64,000 nt of DNA, taken from Ostreococcus lucimarinus (Eukaryota). Shown in pieces: positions 21,339-31,861 of this stretch (position 1 is the first letter of the stretch; each line of letters begins with the position of its first letter). The notes under the pieces are model-generated. The model searched no databases. It was not told where the DNA came from and was given only the letters and a program-made list of their open reading frames with translations. Both the position numbers and the translations under genes were made by a program. The stretch lies in NCBI GenBank assembly GCA_000092065.1, contig CP000591.1, one strand, 5' to 3'.

Positions 21339-21936
21339 TCGCGCGCGCGCGCGGTCGCGTCGCGCGAATCGCCAATCGCCAATCGCGCGTCGATCGTCGC
21401 GCGGTGTCCCTCAATCGACCGTTCGTGACTCAAAGCGACGATGCAGCGTATGCGCAAACAGTTCGACAGTCATTTGAATGCCGTCGCGACGCGCGAATCG
21501 TTCGATTCGCGGCGCGGCGTCGGCGCCGCAGACGTCGCGCGTCGCGCGTCGCGCGTCGGCGAGCGCGCGTCGAGCGCGGGTTCGATCGAGGCGTCCATCG
21601 GCGCGCTCGCGATGGCGCGCGCGATGGGACGGCGGCGCGGGACGACGACGAAGGACGACGGCGCGATCGCGACGCGGGATTCGCGACGCGGGATTCGGGA
21701 CGGCGGGACGCGCGGCGACGCGGCGACGCGGGCGCGGCGACGGCGAAAAGCGATGCGGTGCGAACGCCGACGAGGCGACGCGAACGCGCGACGAGGCGAC
21801 GACGCGACGCGACGGGAGGGAGGGATCGGGGATTCGGGACCGAGGCGAGCGCGGGACGCGATCGCGATCGGGCGAGCGAGGGCGCGGACGAAGACTGACG
21901 GACGCGACGCGCGCGACGCGATGACGCAGAGGGCAA

Positions 21937-23517
21937 ATGGTGTGGATAACCGGGGGGGTGTTGGCGGTGGTGGTGCTGGCGGCGCTGGCGCGAGATTGGA
22001 CGCGAGGGGGAGGCGGGGCGAGCGCGGGGGCGAACGGGAGGAAACTCTTGAGCGCGAGTTCGACGTGCAAACCGACCAAGGATTGGGAATTACCGGGAGG
22101 AATATTTGCGTACTTGGTCGGGGTGATATATCTGTTCATCGGGATCGCGATCGTGTGCGATGACTTCTTCGTCGCTTCGTTGGAAAAGATTTGCGAAGCG
22201 TTGGGTTTGAGCGACGACGTCGCGGGGGCGACGTTCATGGCGGCTGGTTCGTCCGCACCCGAGCTCGCTTCGAGCGCCATGTCGTTGATTAATAGTGGTA
22301 CCGATAACGCTTTGGGCGTCGGTACCATCGTTGGAAGCGCGGTGTTTAACATTCTCGTCATCATCGGCACGACGGTGATCTTCGCGGGGCAAACTTTGAA
22401 GCTGGATTGGAAGCCTCTCGCTCGAGACTGCAGCTTTTACTTCGCCGCCATCGTCGGCATCGTCGCCACTTTCAACGGAGGCAGAGTGAATTGGTGGGAA
22501 GGACTCATTTACGTCTTTCTTTACTGCTTGTACATCGCCTTCATGTGGAAGAATGTGTACTTTATGAAACTTTTGGACGACAAATTCGGCGACTATCTCG
22601 GCCGCCCGGACGCGGCGGTGGAGATGGAAGAAGCTGCGGGCGGCGGTCTCGGTGCCCAGTCGGCGTCTAAGGCTACGACTTCTGCCATGAGTAAGGAACT
22701 GTCTTTCACGGGCTCAATCTACGTCGGCTTCGCCGCGCAGCGATTCAAGGCTGGCTTGGGGAACAAGCAGCACAGGGCAAAGGCGCTGAGTCCCGGGCAA
22801 CTTCGAGCGATTCGAAACGCTACGGAAAAGGTGACTTGGAGTCATCATCACGTGAAGCACGCTCCGACCGAAGATGGCGTGGCGAGTGAAGACGGAGATG
22901 ACGAGACGAATCCGTTCGTCATGCCGGCGGAGTGGAAGGATCGACCGATTTGGGCGCTCAGCCTCCCGTGGTACGCTTTGTTTACGATCTCGATTCCGCC
23001 GTGTCACAATCCGAAGTGGGAGAAGTGGTATTTTGGATCCTTCTTAGCGTCCATAGGTTGGATCGGAATCATTTCGCACTTCATGGTGGAGTGGTGCGCG
23101 AGAATCGGTTGCTTACTGAAGATTCCCGCCATCGTCATGGGGACGACGGTGCTCGCCGCCGGGACGTCGATTCCTGACGCGCTCTCGTCCATCTCAGTCG
23201 CGAAGGATGGCTTCGCAGACATGGCAGTCGCGAACGCGGTGGGATCAAACGTGTTTGATATTTGGCTGGGTTTGGGTCTTCCGTGGCTGTTATACCTTTC
23301 GTGGCAAAAACCGAGCTACATCACCGTGAGTACGACGGAACTCCTGCCGTCGTCGCTCATTCTCCTCGGCGTCTTGATTCTCTACGTCGGCACGGTAGCG
23401 TCGAAGGGATTCACGATAACGAGACAGATGGGTTTCATGTACATAGGCTTTTACATGTTGTACGCCTTCTATAATATCGTCCTCGTGTGGGTCGTGGATA
23501 TCTATAAGCTCGAGTAG
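21937..23517 (+). CDS. Na+/Ca2+ (K+-dependent-type) exchanger, CaCA superfamily
   Basis: Two alpha-repeat signature regions are present (GATFMAAGSSAPELASS and GTSIPDALSSISVAKDGFADMAVANAVGSNVFDI). Each sits in a cluster of predicted TM helices separated by a hydrophilic loop. Confidence 0.8.
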   Translation: MVWITGGVLAVVVLAALARDWTRGGGGASAGANGRKLLSASSTCKPTKDWELPGGIFAYLVGVIYLFIGIAIVCDDFFVASLEKICEALGLSDDVAGATFMAAGSSAPELASSAMSLINSGTDNALGVGTIVGSAVFNILVIIGTTVIFAGQTLKLDWKPLARDCSFYFAAIVGIVATFNGGRVNWWEGLIYVFLYCLYIAFMWKNVYFMKLLDDKFGDYLGRPDAAVEMEEAAGGGLGAQSASKATTSAMSKELSFTGSIYVGFAAQRFKAGLGNKQHRAKALSPGQLRAIRNATEKVTWSHHHVKHAPTEDGVASEDGDDETNPFVMPAEWKDRPIWALSLPWYALFTISIPPCHNPKWEKWYFGSFLASIGWIGIISHFMVEWCARIGCLLKIPAIVMGTTVLAAGTSIPDALSSISVAKDGFADMAVANAVGSNVFDIWLGLGLPWLLYLSWQKPSYITVSTTELLPSSLILLGVLILYVGTVASKGFTITRQMGFMYIGFYMLYAFYNIVLVWVVDIYKLE

Positions 23518-23571
23518 GACACAGTAGCAGCGATGTTTCTTTTTAATATCGAGAGAGAAACCTAAGTCGCA

Positions 23572-24807
23572 TCAATAGGGCTTGTGTCGCACGCTCGACC
23601 CTCCCTTCGCGGCTAATCGAGCAGAGATGGCTGCTGCGCGCGCCGCGGCCTCGCTCTGCGCAGCCTTGGCGTCGATGTCAACTTTCGCCGGCGCCGGCGC
23701 CAGGCTAAACGAGCGCGGGTTCAAGAGCTTGGGCGTCTTCGCCAGCTCCACCCGAAGATTCCTCCCGCCCACTTGCATGCCGTTCAAAGCGCACGCCGCG
23801 AGCGCTTCTTTGTTTGATTCAAACTCGATGAAGCAAAAGTTCTTCCCCGGTCCCCCCTCTCGACACTCCGCGATGGAGCCGCAAAACGAAAACAACTGCT
23901 TCACCTGCTCCGTGGTGAGCCCGACGGGGTAGTTGGACACGTGCGCGGTGCGTCTGAGCTCCTCCGGCACGGGCGGCGGCGGCACGTTCACCACGCCCAC
24001 CGCGTCCCCTCCGCTCGCGCCGGGCGGCGGCGGCGGCGGCGGCGGCGGCACGTCGTGCTTGAACTTGCAAATCACCCTGTCGCAGTTGCCGAGCAAAAAG
24101 TCTCGACACACCCCCGCCGGCGCCGGCTCCCCGCGCGCCAACAGAGGCACGCCGCGCGCGCGACGCTCGTTCACCAGCGGCCCGTCCAACGGCGCGCTGT
24201 AAAACACCTCAAACGGCGACCCCTCGATCTCGACCCCGTCCATCCTCACCGTCACTCGATACTCCCCTCGCTCTCGCACCGCGTACGCGCACGCGTGCTC
24301 GCCGTCGCCCTCGTCCCGTCCCTCTCCCGCCGCCACCACCTCCCCCCCTCGCCCCACGACCTCGAACGTCACCCTGTGCGCCCCATCGTTCGTTCGTTCT
24401 CCCTCACCGTCGCGCACGCTTACCGTGAACCCACTTTCCCGTCCCGCCGCGCCGCCGCCGACCCCCGCGCCTCGCGCCGTCGTCCGCCGCGGATCCGCCA
24501 CCCCTCGCGCGTACCCGCTCCCCGTCGTCGCCGGCCCGATCGCCCGCGTCGTTCCCAAAGCGTCTGGGTCCACCCCCCGCGCGCGCAGCGCCTCGCGCGC
24601 CGTCGCGTCGTCGTCGAACCGATCGAATTGTTTCGCATCGCGCACGCGCCGTCCCGTCGGCGCGAGCGTCGGCGGGACGCGATGCGCGCGCTTGAAGGTG
24701 GCCTCGAACGCGGCGCGCGCCTCGGCGTCGCGCTCGGCGGTGGCTTTCTCGGTCTCGCGAAGCGCCGCGGACTCGGAGGGGCCGACGCCGAAGCGACGAA
24801 GCGCCAT
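23572..24807 (-). CDS. putative RNA-binding protein with filamin-type Ig repeat, CCCH zinc finger and C-terminal RRM
   Basis: A filamin repeat motif is present (GEYRVTVRMDGVEIEGSPFEV). The C3H1 finger is CRDFLLGNCDRVICKFKHD. The RRM is LFSFCGSIAECR...NFCFIEFESNKEALAACALNG. The track ORF runs to 24852; the likely start Met is at 24807. Confidence 0.55.
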   Translation of the reverse strand: MALRRFGVGPSESAALRETEKATAERDAEARAAFEATFKRAHRVPPTLAPTGRRVRDAKQFDRFDDDATAREALRARGVDPDALGTTRAIGPATTGSGYARGVADPRRTTARGAGVGGGAAGRESGFTVSVRDGEGERTNDGAHRVTFEVVGRGGEVVAAGEGRDEGDGEHACAYAVRERGEYRVTVRMDGVEIEGSPFEVFYSAPLDGPLVNERRARGVPLLARGEPAPAGVCRDFLLGNCDRVICKFKHDVPPPPPPPPPGASGGDAVGVVNVPPPPVPEELRRTAHVSNYPVGLTTEQVKQLFSFCGSIAECREGGPGKNFCFIEFESNKEALAACALNGMQVGGRNLRVELAKTPKLLNPRSFSLAPAPAKVDIDAKAAQSEAAARAAAISARLAAKGGSSVRHKPY

Positions 24808-25019
24808 GGCGGCCGACAGTGGGGACGCGGACGCGCGCGCACATGTGCACACGTCGCTTTATTTGCTGACATTTTTTATATAGCGTCATTGGAGGTATTC
24901 TAGTACCTCAGCGTTCATATAAGGACGGTGCGTATACCTATTTACCAGAGAAATGGCAAAGGCCCTTTCGTCAACACGTGCGTCTTTCGCGGGACGACGG
25001 AATCATTCATGTGAGCGAG

Positions 25020-25080
25020 GGACGAATGCGTGCGTGAATGAATGAATGCATGAATGAATGAATGAATGCATGAATGCGCA
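25020..25080. repeat. (TGAA/TGCA)n microsatellite in the WRKY 3' flank
   Basis: The sequence tgaatgaatgaatgcatgaatgaatgaatgaatgcatgaatg is read directly. Confidence 0.8.
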
Positions 25081-25163
25081 ATGAATGGGCGCGATGCGTG
25101 CGATGACAAACTGACAAACGACGGCGCGATGGCGACGACGGCGACACAACGCGAGCGGCGACG

Positions 25164-26528
25164 TCAACCGAATAAGGAAAAGGAGCACCGCGGACGACGC
25201 GCGGGCGAAGGCGCGCCGGGCGAGGGCTCGCGCCGACCGCGAACGGTTTTGGAGAGCGACGCCAGGAGAGGGGTGCCGGTGACGATGGCCTCGAGGGGAG
25301 ATTTGAGGAGATCGCCGATGGACCAGTCGTCGCGGGGGGAGCGGCGCGCCGAGGGGTCGTCGGCGACGACGCGAAGCGCGGGGGGACGCGCGGGAAAGTC
25401 GTCGCGGCGGCGGCGGTCGAGAGATGATCTCGGCGGTGCTGAGGTGCGATCTTCCGCGGTCGGCGGATGGGGGGACGATTGGAGCAATCGAGCCTCGAGA
25501 TCGGCGTCGCCGAACGGCCACGTGGGCGAGAGAGGCGACGCGGGCATGAAGTCAAACCAATGACGCGGCGTCGGCGCGGAGCGATCGGCGACGGCTTCGC
25601 GATGGACGCGGGCGGCGTCGTCCATTCGCGTGCGCGCGTGCGCGTGAATGAGCGCGTTTTCCAGCGCCAAGGCGTCGTAATCCGAGCTCCATCGCTCGCT
25701 CGCGGTCAAGTACTCGTCAAAACACGTCAAGACGTCACCCATGGCGGCGAACGACGGGCTCAGCGGATTCACGGCGCGTCTCGGCTTCTTCGCCGCGACG
25801 GCGCTGCACGAGGATTCTCGGCGCTCGCGCGCGGACTGTCCGGATCCGCTGGACGTCGTCAGTAATCGACGACCACTTCGCGATTTTCCTGACGCCGAGC
25901 GCTTCGGTTTCGTCGTGCTCGACCGCGGTTCGAGTGGAATCTTCTTCGCTCGCGGCGGAGTCTTCGGCGTCGCTCTCCGTCGCTTGCCCGCTCGAAGATT
26001 TTCCTCCTCCTCCTCCTCCTCCGCAGACGTCGTGAAATCGCTATTCATCGTCGTCAAGTCACATTCATCTTGAACGTCCGCGCCTCGTCGCACCGTCGTC
26101 CCTCGTCGCGCGTTCGTCGCCGTGGAATCTCCGCTCGCGCGCGTCCCGAAAGATTTCGTCGACCCGGGCGCGAGCGTCTCCGCCCGACCGCCACCCCCGC
26201 TCGGTTTCGCGTGCGTGTGTTCGCCCTCGTAGCACACCACCGTCTCCATTTCTCCATCCTCACTCGCGCGTCGCAATTCCGTCTTCTTCCTCGCCGGACA
26301 CCCTCGCTCCGTGCACCGGTAATACGACCGCGGAAACGACGATCCCTTGATGTTCTTTTGCCCGTACTTGCGCCATCGGTACCCATCGGCGTGCGCGCTC
26401 GACGGCGCGTGCGCCGCGACCGTCGTCGTCGACCTCGACGTCGAGTGCGGATACGATCGTCGCGGTCGATCGCCGGCGTCGTCGTCGTAAACGCGCGTCC
26501 CGTGCGTCGTCGTCGTCGCCATCGTCAC
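25164..26528 (-). CDS. WRKY-domain transcription factor
   Basis: The WRKY core and zinc-ligand pattern are canonical ([37 protein letters not shown]...CYEGEHTH). The rest of the protein is Ser/Thr/Arg-rich and low-complexity. Confidence 0.8.
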   Translation of the reverse strand: MTMATTTTHGTRVYDDDAGDRPRRSYPHSTSRSTTTVAAHAPSSAHADGYRWRKYGQKNIKGSSFPRSYYRCTERGCPARKKTELRRASEDGEMETVVCYEGEHTHAKPSGGGGRAETLAPGSTKSFGTRASGDSTATNARRGTTVRRGADVQDECDLTTMNSDFTTSAEEEEEEENLRAGKRRRATPKTPPRAKKIPLEPRSSTTKPKRSASGKSRSGRRLLTTSSGSGQSARERRESSCSAVAAKKPRRAVNPLSPSFAAMGDVLTCFDEYLTASERWSSDYDALALENALIHAHARTRMDDAARVHREAVADRSAPTPRHWFDFMPASPLSPTWPFGDADLEARLLQSSPHPPTAEDRTSAPPRSSLDRRRRDDFPARPPALRVVADDPSARRSPRDDWSIGDLLKSPLEAIVTGTPLLASLSKTVRGRREPSPGAPSPARRPRCSFSLFG

Positions 26529-26944
26529 CGAGAAAAGTCAACCCGCGCGCCCTCGCCTCGATTCGATCGCCGTTCGTCGCGCGTCGCGCGTCGCGCGTCG
26601 CGCGTCGCTCGCGCGCGCGTCGCTCGCGCGCGTCGCGCGCGTCGATCGCTCCCGCCGTCGCCTCGCCGTCGTCCGCGCGCGTCGCTCGACGACGCGACGC
26701 TCCACCGCCGCGCGCGCGACGTTCTGTCGTCCGCCCGTCGTCGCGCGCGCGCGCGTCTCCGGGCGCCCTCGCGCGCGCCTCGCGCGCGCGCACTCACGCG
26801 CCAGCGCCGAATGTCTGTTTTTGCCCCGCCCCGCCCGATCGTCGCGCGCGCGCGATCGCCGGCGTCCCGGCGCGCGGTCTCCGGGCAGACGAATCGCCGT
26901 TCGCGCGTCCGAGTCATCCGTCCGCGGCGACGGGTCTACAGTTT

Positions 26945-27185
26945 CAGAGAGTCCCCCGACTGACGAGTCATGATTCGTCGACGGGGACTCTCTGAACCGG
27001 GACGTGGGATTTTTACCGTATGGGTCACGACTCCTCGTTCGGGGGTACTCGTATGAAACGCCGTAATTTTATTGATGCTAGGGTTTAGAAATTAGGGTTT
27101 ACACGTCAAAAATCGCCGAGGTTCGATTACAAACGTGTCAAAAACGTGGCTTTTCTGAAACTCGATTTTTGCTAGGGTTTAGCGA
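26945..27185. promoter_or_regulatory. divergent-promoter region with a 49-bp near-perfect palindrome and three telo-box-like motifs
   Basis: The palindrome cagagagtcccccgactgacgagtcatgattcgtcgacggggactctctg lies at about 26945..26993. Telo-box-like motifs ctagggtttag, attagggtttac and gctagggtttag lie at about 27078, 27094 and 27171. All are read directly. Confidence 0.5.
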
Positions 27186-27218
27186 CTCCGGTTTTCCGGC
27201 GGAATTGCGTGCGGGCGG

Positions 27219-27959
27219 TTGGGGGCGGCGGCGTCGTCACTCCTCGCCGACGTGTCGGCAAAAGACAGAGAACAGTTCGCCCCCGTCGAAATGAGCGACG
27301 GTGCGATGCGCCCGTGGTTTCTTCGCGACGAGGATAGGCGCAGGAGCCTCGTATACGGCGTGGGTGCGGTCGCTTTCGCCCTCTTGGGGTTGGTCGTGAC
27401 TACTGGTTCGAGGACGGAGTATAAGGTGGTTGCGTACAAGCCAAGTCTTTATGAACACGTCGGGTCGCATCAAGTCAAAGCCCACTATGACATTTACCCG
27501 GATACACATGACATTCACCAGGCAGATCACCCTTCTGAGGATCCTGCAGATCCTGAAGAGGAACTAGTTTACAAATATAATGGTAAGCATGTTTCTTCAG
27601 CAAACGAGAATCGGATTCGGGCACTGTACTCGCCATCAGGCTCGTCCTTCATAGATGTGGTCAAACGGGAAGGTGTGGACGACGCTACCATTTTCGAGAC
27701 GTGTCTGTATCCAACAGTGACAGCTGAATTCAGGACGTACTACGGCCACGATCTGACAATCGAACCAGATACGACGAGCAAGGATCTAGGGAAGCCGGTG
27801 AACCAAGTCGAAGCACACCAATTTGGTTGCGTGTGGGAGAAGTTGTTGAATAAACTAGCGGAGTCGAACTGGAAATTCGTCACGTCCGAAACGATTATGA
27901 CTGAAAAGACGTTCTATGAGATGCATATGATTACGTTCTCACGAAAAAAGACTACGTAA
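27219..27959 (+). CDS. hypothetical protein (N-terminal MG..., one predicted TM helix), AT-rich relative to neighbours, no recognisable domain
   Basis: The track ORF is 246 aa, starts MGAAASS (Gly2) and has a hydrophobic segment LVYGVGAVAFALLGLVVTT. Codon composition is strikingly AT-rich compared with adjacent genes, and the gene is followed by an AT-rich 3' region. Confidence 0.45.
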   Translation: MGAAASSLLADVSAKDREQFAPVEMSDGAMRPWFLRDEDRRRSLVYGVGAVAFALLGLVVTTGSRTEYKVVAYKPSLYEHVGSHQVKAHYDIYPDTHDIHQADHPSEDPADPEEELVYKYNGKHVSSANENRIRALYSPSGSSFIDVVKREGVDDATIFETCLYPTVTAEFRTYYGHDLTIEPDTTSKDLGKPVNQVEAHQFGCVWEKLLNKLAESNWKFVTSETIMTEKTFYEMHMITFSRKKTT

Positions 27960-28664
27960 AATAGTTTTGATGTTGTTTAGATTGTCGTATGGGCAAACAG
28001 TTAGACATTCTCCACAGCTTCCATTCGCGCGACCAGAGCGTTGACGCGCTCTTCGAGTTCGTCGATGCGGCGCCTTGCGGGAACCTAAACCGGATACGCG
28101 CAAACCCGTGGGACAAGATTCGTCTCGCCGCGGCGAGACGAATCGGACCGCCCGTTTCGAATTTCTAGGAACCCCCTAGGGTTGTGACGGGGCGGTCCGT
28201 GTTTCGTCGTCAGTCTCGAAGGCGGGCGCCCCTCGGCGCGCGCGCGACGCGCGCGCGCCGTCTCTTCGTGACGCACATAGACGCATCATGGTGCGTGCGA
28301 CGCGCGACGGCGACGAGGCGACGCGCGCGAAATAGACGCTCGATGCGCGCGCGCGCGATCGGGCGTCGGCGCGCGATGGACGGCGCGGACGACGCGCGGA
28401 CGACGCGCGATGGCGATGGCTCTAGGGCTTGAAGCGCGATCGCGCGTTCGGGACGCGCGCGCGCGGAGAGAGACGCGCGAAGGGCGATCGCGCGTCGCGA
28501 GCGCGAGCGGTGATATCGTCGTCGGCGGCGGTGCGGTGCGAGCGGTGATGGGGGGGTCGACGGCGCGGGGAGCGCGGGGGAGACGGGACGACGCTGGCGC
28601 ACTAGGGTCGCGCGAGTGGATGATGAAAGAGAGACGACTGACGATCGAGCGACGACTTGGCGCG

Positions 28665-28886
28665 ATGCGAAAACAGCCTAAAGAAATTAGCGAAATTAAG
28701 GACTTCTTGCACACGGCGCGCCGGAAGGATGCGCGATCGGTGAAGATCAAGAAGACGGCGGGCGTGACCAAGTTCAAGGTGCGCTGCTCCAAGTACTTGT
28801 ACACGCTCTGCGTGAAGGACTCCGATAAGGCGTCCAAGCTCAAGCAGTCGTTGCCCCCGGGACTTCAAGTGATGGAGGTCGCTTAG
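28665..28886 (+). CDS. RPL38: 60S ribosomal protein eL38
   Basis: [73 protein letters not shown] is 73 aa and collinear with eL38. The track ORF 28410..28886 has a spurious 5' extension. Confidence 0.85.
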   Translation: MRKQPKEISEIKDFLHTARRKDARSVKIKKTAGVTKFKVRCSKYLYTLCVKDSDKASKLKQSLPPGLQVMEVA

Positions 28887-29053
28887 AGTTTGAAGGTCAC
28901 ACACACTAGTCGGAGTTATTAGCGCGAGAATGGAAGACGGCGCGAAGCGCCTTGTAAAGAGAGTTCGATCCGTCTCACATTTCATTTCGTTTACTCATTC
29001 GTTCGGCTATCGCTCTCACAATGCGCTAAGCGTAATTCACGACTCGGCTCGAT

Positions 29054-30227
29054 TCACGCCACGACGCTGGTGCGACGCGGAAGGTTGAACATGAAATCGA
29101 CTTCGAGCTCGCCGTCTTCCGTCAAGTCGGCGCAATGCACGGCGTTGCGCTGTTTGTCCTCCCCGAAACGCGCGCGAAGGGATTCGGGACGTAACACGCG
29201 GGCAATTTCGGGGTCTCTCGGTCCGACGATTTCTCTGATGTCGTCCACGAGCGTCTCCGGGGACCTCAAGCGCGAGAGTTGCAGCGCCACGCAAGCGCCG
29301 CAACTCAGTTCATCGATCATCATCTTCACCTCTTCCTTGTCTAAAACGTCCACGTAAACGGCGTAAAATGCCTCTGCCTCGAGGCGCGTTAGCGCTAATG
29401 TTCGAGCCTGGATTAAATCCAGTCCTTTCTTCTCGCACAGGAAATCTAAAATCGCTCCGAGATGCGCCATACCGCTGGGTTTGACCACGACGAGCGACGA
29501 ATGCTCGGTGGGTGATTTCGACGACGATCCCGTCGCCAGCTCTCCTAACGCTCGAGCGTGCTCTTCGTCCATCGATCGCACCACATCGTTCGTGTGAGCG
29601 AATAATCTGGCCAAAATTGCATTCGCCTCGCATCCAATCGCGCGTATCGCGCACGACGTCCCAGACGCGAGCGCCCTCGCGTTCCTCGGCAGCGCCGTCT
29701 CGAGCTCTTCCAACCGACTCGTCCCGAACGCCACCGTCTTCATCTCTGCGATCGTCAACCCGTTCTCCTGCATCGCGTGCACGATTCTACCGATGCGGCA
29801 CACGTTTTCACTCGACACCAAGGCGAACGATTCCTCGCGCTTCGTCTTCATCGCCGTCGCCGTGCGTTCGTCCGCGTACCCGCGCACGGTCAACCGCCTC
29901 GACCAAATCGTCACCGTCGCGCCTATGAATAGCTCGTCCAGCGCGATCGGCGTTTCCGGCGCGCATTTCCGCAAAAATGCTTTCTTTCGTTTATCCTCAA
30001 TCTGCGCCGCGTCGTCGCGTCGCCTCCGTCAGTCATCGTCGCGCTCGCGCGCTCGCCTCCCACAGAGCACCAACCATCCATCCAGACGTCGCGCTTTACT
30101 CGCGCGCTCAACGCACCAATTCCACGTCGCCATCCTCGGGGTAATAAAACAACGTAAACGCTCGCTCGAAGTCTTGCGCGGGGTCCACCCAGACCGCCTG
30201 AAATCCAAGTCTGGACTCGGTGCGCAT
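29054..30227 (-). CDS. NME7: NME7-like nucleoside diphosphate kinase with N-terminal DM10 domain (flagellar/centrosomal type), two exons
   Basis: Exon 1 is 30117..30227 (MRTESRLGFQAVWVDPAQDFERAFTLFYYPEDGDVEL, matching the NME7 DM10 start) with a GTGCGT donor. The intron is 30002..30116 (115 nt, CAG acceptor). Exon 2 is 29054..30001 (IEDKRKKAFLRKCAPETPIALDELFIG..., then NDK domain with NAVHCAD signature). The track ORF 29054..29974 lacks the first half of DM10. Confidence 0.75.
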
Positions 30228-30344
30228 CGAAAGATTTAAACTCGCGAGCGTCAGAGTGGGGTGTATTTTTAGCGCGCGGCGAACGCGGTCGGTGAAATCG
30301 AACGCGGACGCGTCGCGAACGCGGATGAAGATGACGATTGATTA

Positions 30345-31673
30345 TTATTTCAAAATGGATAAAAATCGGAGGTAGGCCTCGGCGGCGCGCTTGCGCGAGG
30401 CGCGGTAGCGCACGGCGAGCAGCGCGCGAGGCGAGAGCGACGCGGCTTCGGCGGAAGCTAATAAGGCTTCGTCCTCGGCCAGTGTCGTCGGACAGGCGGA
30501 TAAGTACGAATCAACGGCCTGACGTAAGGCTTGAATGACTTCAGGGTCGGTTTCTGGGGGAGCTGGGGCGTCAGCGACGCCCGGGGGCGGACCGCGCGAG
30601 GCGACCATGAGGAGATTGGAACCCGCGAGCGCGGCGGCTTTGTCGCCGGCGTCGTCGAGGGCTTTGCATGCGTCGGCAACGCGAGATCCGTGCACACGTC
30701 GAGCGCCCGGGGCGATAAATTCCATGGGCAATCGTTCGTTACGATTTTCATCGTCGATGAAACCGTAGTGAAGCATGAGCAAGGCGTTGTTCATTCTGTC
30801 GCCGTACGAGATGAAAACCTCGGTGTTCGCCACCGGCGTCGGGCCCTCGATTGAATCTTCGTTCCACGTGAGCTCGAAGTTCTTACCATCCGCGCTGACG
30901 CCATACTTTGCCGTAGATTCCACTCTGTGATTCGCCAAATCGATCGTCGGCGCCAAGAACGCGCAATCCGCGTCGCCCAGTTTACCGCTAATCGCTCGCG
31001 TGTGCACCCACGAGCGACACCATCGGAGTTCGTCTTCGCTCGACGTCCCCAGCGCGGCTTTCACGTCCGGAAACGCCTCCATCGCGGCGTTCCAAGTCGC
31101 TTCGTACCCAGCCTTCGAGCGTTCGGCCATGACGCGTATCTCAGCGTCTTGCAACATCTCCAACTCCTCCTCGTTCGCCAAGTACCCGCAATCGAACGCC
31201 GCCGGCACCACCTCCGCGCCGTACGCCCGCCACGCCTCCGCGTTCTTCACCGCCCACGCCAGCATCGCCGCCAATCGCACGTCCTTCGCGAACGGCGCCG
31301 ATATCACGAATTCAATCAGGCACTCCGGCACGTCCACGCCGAAATGTCTTCGCCAGCCCTCCCGATACGTCTCGCGAATCGCCGTCGCCGCGCGTCCCTC
31401 CGCGCCCTCCCCGACCGCCGCCGGCGCGCACACCAGTGCGTCGATCGCGACGCTCACCAGCGCGCTTCCGGTGCCGGTGACGAACAGTCCGCGCCCGTGC
31501 GCGCCGACGTCCACGCGCGCGTGTCGCAGCGTCGACGCCGGGTCGAACGTCGTCGTCCCGCGCGCGTCCGCGTCCGCGACGGCGCGGCGCGTCGACGCGC
31601 GTCGCGCGCGCGTCGATCGCGCGCGAGAGGGGCGCGCGAGGCGCGCGTCGACGCGAGCGGCGGTCGCGGGCAT
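30345..31673 (-). CDS. SET-domain protein-lysine methyltransferase (Rubisco LSMT / SETD6-like)
   Basis: The C-terminal SET signature is present (LANHR...TEVFISYGDRMNNALLMLHYGF), preceded by a Rubisco-LSMT-type substrate-binding region. The N-terminus is Arg/Ala/Thr-rich and transit-peptide-like. Confidence 0.7.
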   Translation of the reverse strand: MPATAARVDARLARPSRARSTRARRASTRRAVADADARGTTTFDPASTLRHARVDVGAHGRGLFVTGTGSALVSVAIDALVCAPAAVGEGAEGRAATAIRETYREGWRRHFGVDVPECLIEFVISAPFAKDVRLAAMLAWAVKNAEAWRAYGAEVVPAAFDCGYLANEEELEMLQDAEIRVMAERSKAGYEATWNAAMEAFPDVKAALGTSSEDELRWCRSWVHTRAISGKLGDADCAFLAPTIDLANHRVESTAKYGVSADGKNFELTWNEDSIEGPTPVANTEVFISYGDRMNNALLMLHYGFIDDENRNERLPMEFIAPGARRVHGSRVADACKALDDAGDKAAALAGSNLLMVASRGPPPGVADAPAPPETDPEVIQALRQAVDSYLSACPTTLAEDEALLASAEAASLSPRALLAVRYRASRKRAAEAYLRFLSILK

Positions 31674-31861
31674 CGTCGCGACGCGCGCGCGCGAGTGGGG
31701 GCGCGACGCGCCGGGCGCGACGGTGGGCCCTTGAAAACACCCGGAAATTGTGTCGGCGACGAGCGCGGCGTCGGCGTCGAGCGCGGCGTCGGATTCGCGC
31801 GGTTCGGTGCGATCGAGTTCGGTGGATCACGCGGTGGATTAAAACAAGATTACACGGAGAG

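Noticed and set aside
20987-22370. Long overlapping ORFs (20987..21898 +, 21411..22370 -, 21441..22163 +) between Sec24 and the exchanger gene
   Set aside because: They are Arg/Ala/Gly/Asp homopolymeric products of the GC-rich intergenic repeat and its antisense, and they mutually overlap in several frames.
26070-26963. 297-aa Arg-rich ORF overlapping the WRKY gene start
   Set aside because: It is poly-Arg/Ala/Ser low-complexity and lies antisense or offset to a domain-supported gene.
27110-27130. Possible tRNA T-arm (gaggttcgattac)
   Set aside because: There is no complementary T-stem, acceptor stem or cloverleaf around it. I found no convincing tRNA anywhere in the intergenic regions.
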